From: Octopus sinensis
Lineage: Eukaryota
Direction of reading: 5' to 3'
NCBI RefSeq assembly: GCF_006345805.1
Contig: NC_043000.1
Location: 16,430,001 to 16,494,000, forward strand
DNA length: 64,000 bases
Both the position numbers and the translations under genes were made by a program. The notes beneath the pieces are model-generated. The model had not been told where the DNA came from and searched no databases. It saw only the letters and a program-made list of their open reading frames with translations. Below are positions 63,710 to 64,000 of the stretch, piece after piece; the stretch's first letter is position 1; every line of letters starts with the position of its first letter.

Positions 63710-64000
63710 CCAAACCTTAGTCACAATTTATGTTCCTAACACTAGCTGAATGATAATTAAGTTATTTTACTAAATCCTTTGTTATATTTAATGTAATTGA
63801 AAGAAACCCAGAGCATCTCAAAACATATATATGGTAACAAAAGGGTTAAAATATATAATAGAGAAACAATTCTTAACCCTTTCGATACCAACTCAGCTGA
63901 AACCACCTCTGGCTCTGTAGTACAAATGTTTTTTTTTATAAGTTTTGAATTAAAGTCTTCCAGCAAACCTTAGTCACAATTTATGTTCCTAACACTAGCT
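63710..64000. mobile_element. Two piggyBac-like MITE pieces (63710-63845; 63877 to window end)
   Basis: GTAACAAAAGGG|TTAA and TTAA|CCCTTTCGATACC; body matches 60680. Confidence 0.8.

Overview
AT-rich, repeat-saturated animal genomic DNA. No host protein-coding gene can be supported with confidence. The tRNA-derived SINE families and the abundant (TA)n, (TATG)n and (GATA)n microsatellites look like an octopus genome (inference, not database-checked). The main element is a full-length Ty3/gypsy (Mag-like) LTR retrotransposon at 21354-25884 with identical 236-bp LTRs, a GTAGA TSD, a tRNA-Leu-type PBS and a gag-pol frame broken only by single-base indels; it sits inside a Tx1/L1 LINE. Also present: at least nine non-autonomous Helitrons (one with a PIF1 fragment, one head-to-tail junction); GG-ended MITEs with 8-bp TSDs (Merlin-like), one family carrying TTAGGG-like tracts; piggyBac-like and mariner MITEs; Chapaev3-like and mariner transposase remnants; CRE, R4/Dong-like and RTE LINE remnants; four SINE families; a ~1.8-kb tandem duplication bounded by SINEs with a mappable crossover; and an indel-free 22 x 69-bp array. 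Most ORF-track entries are microsatellite or SINE artefacts.
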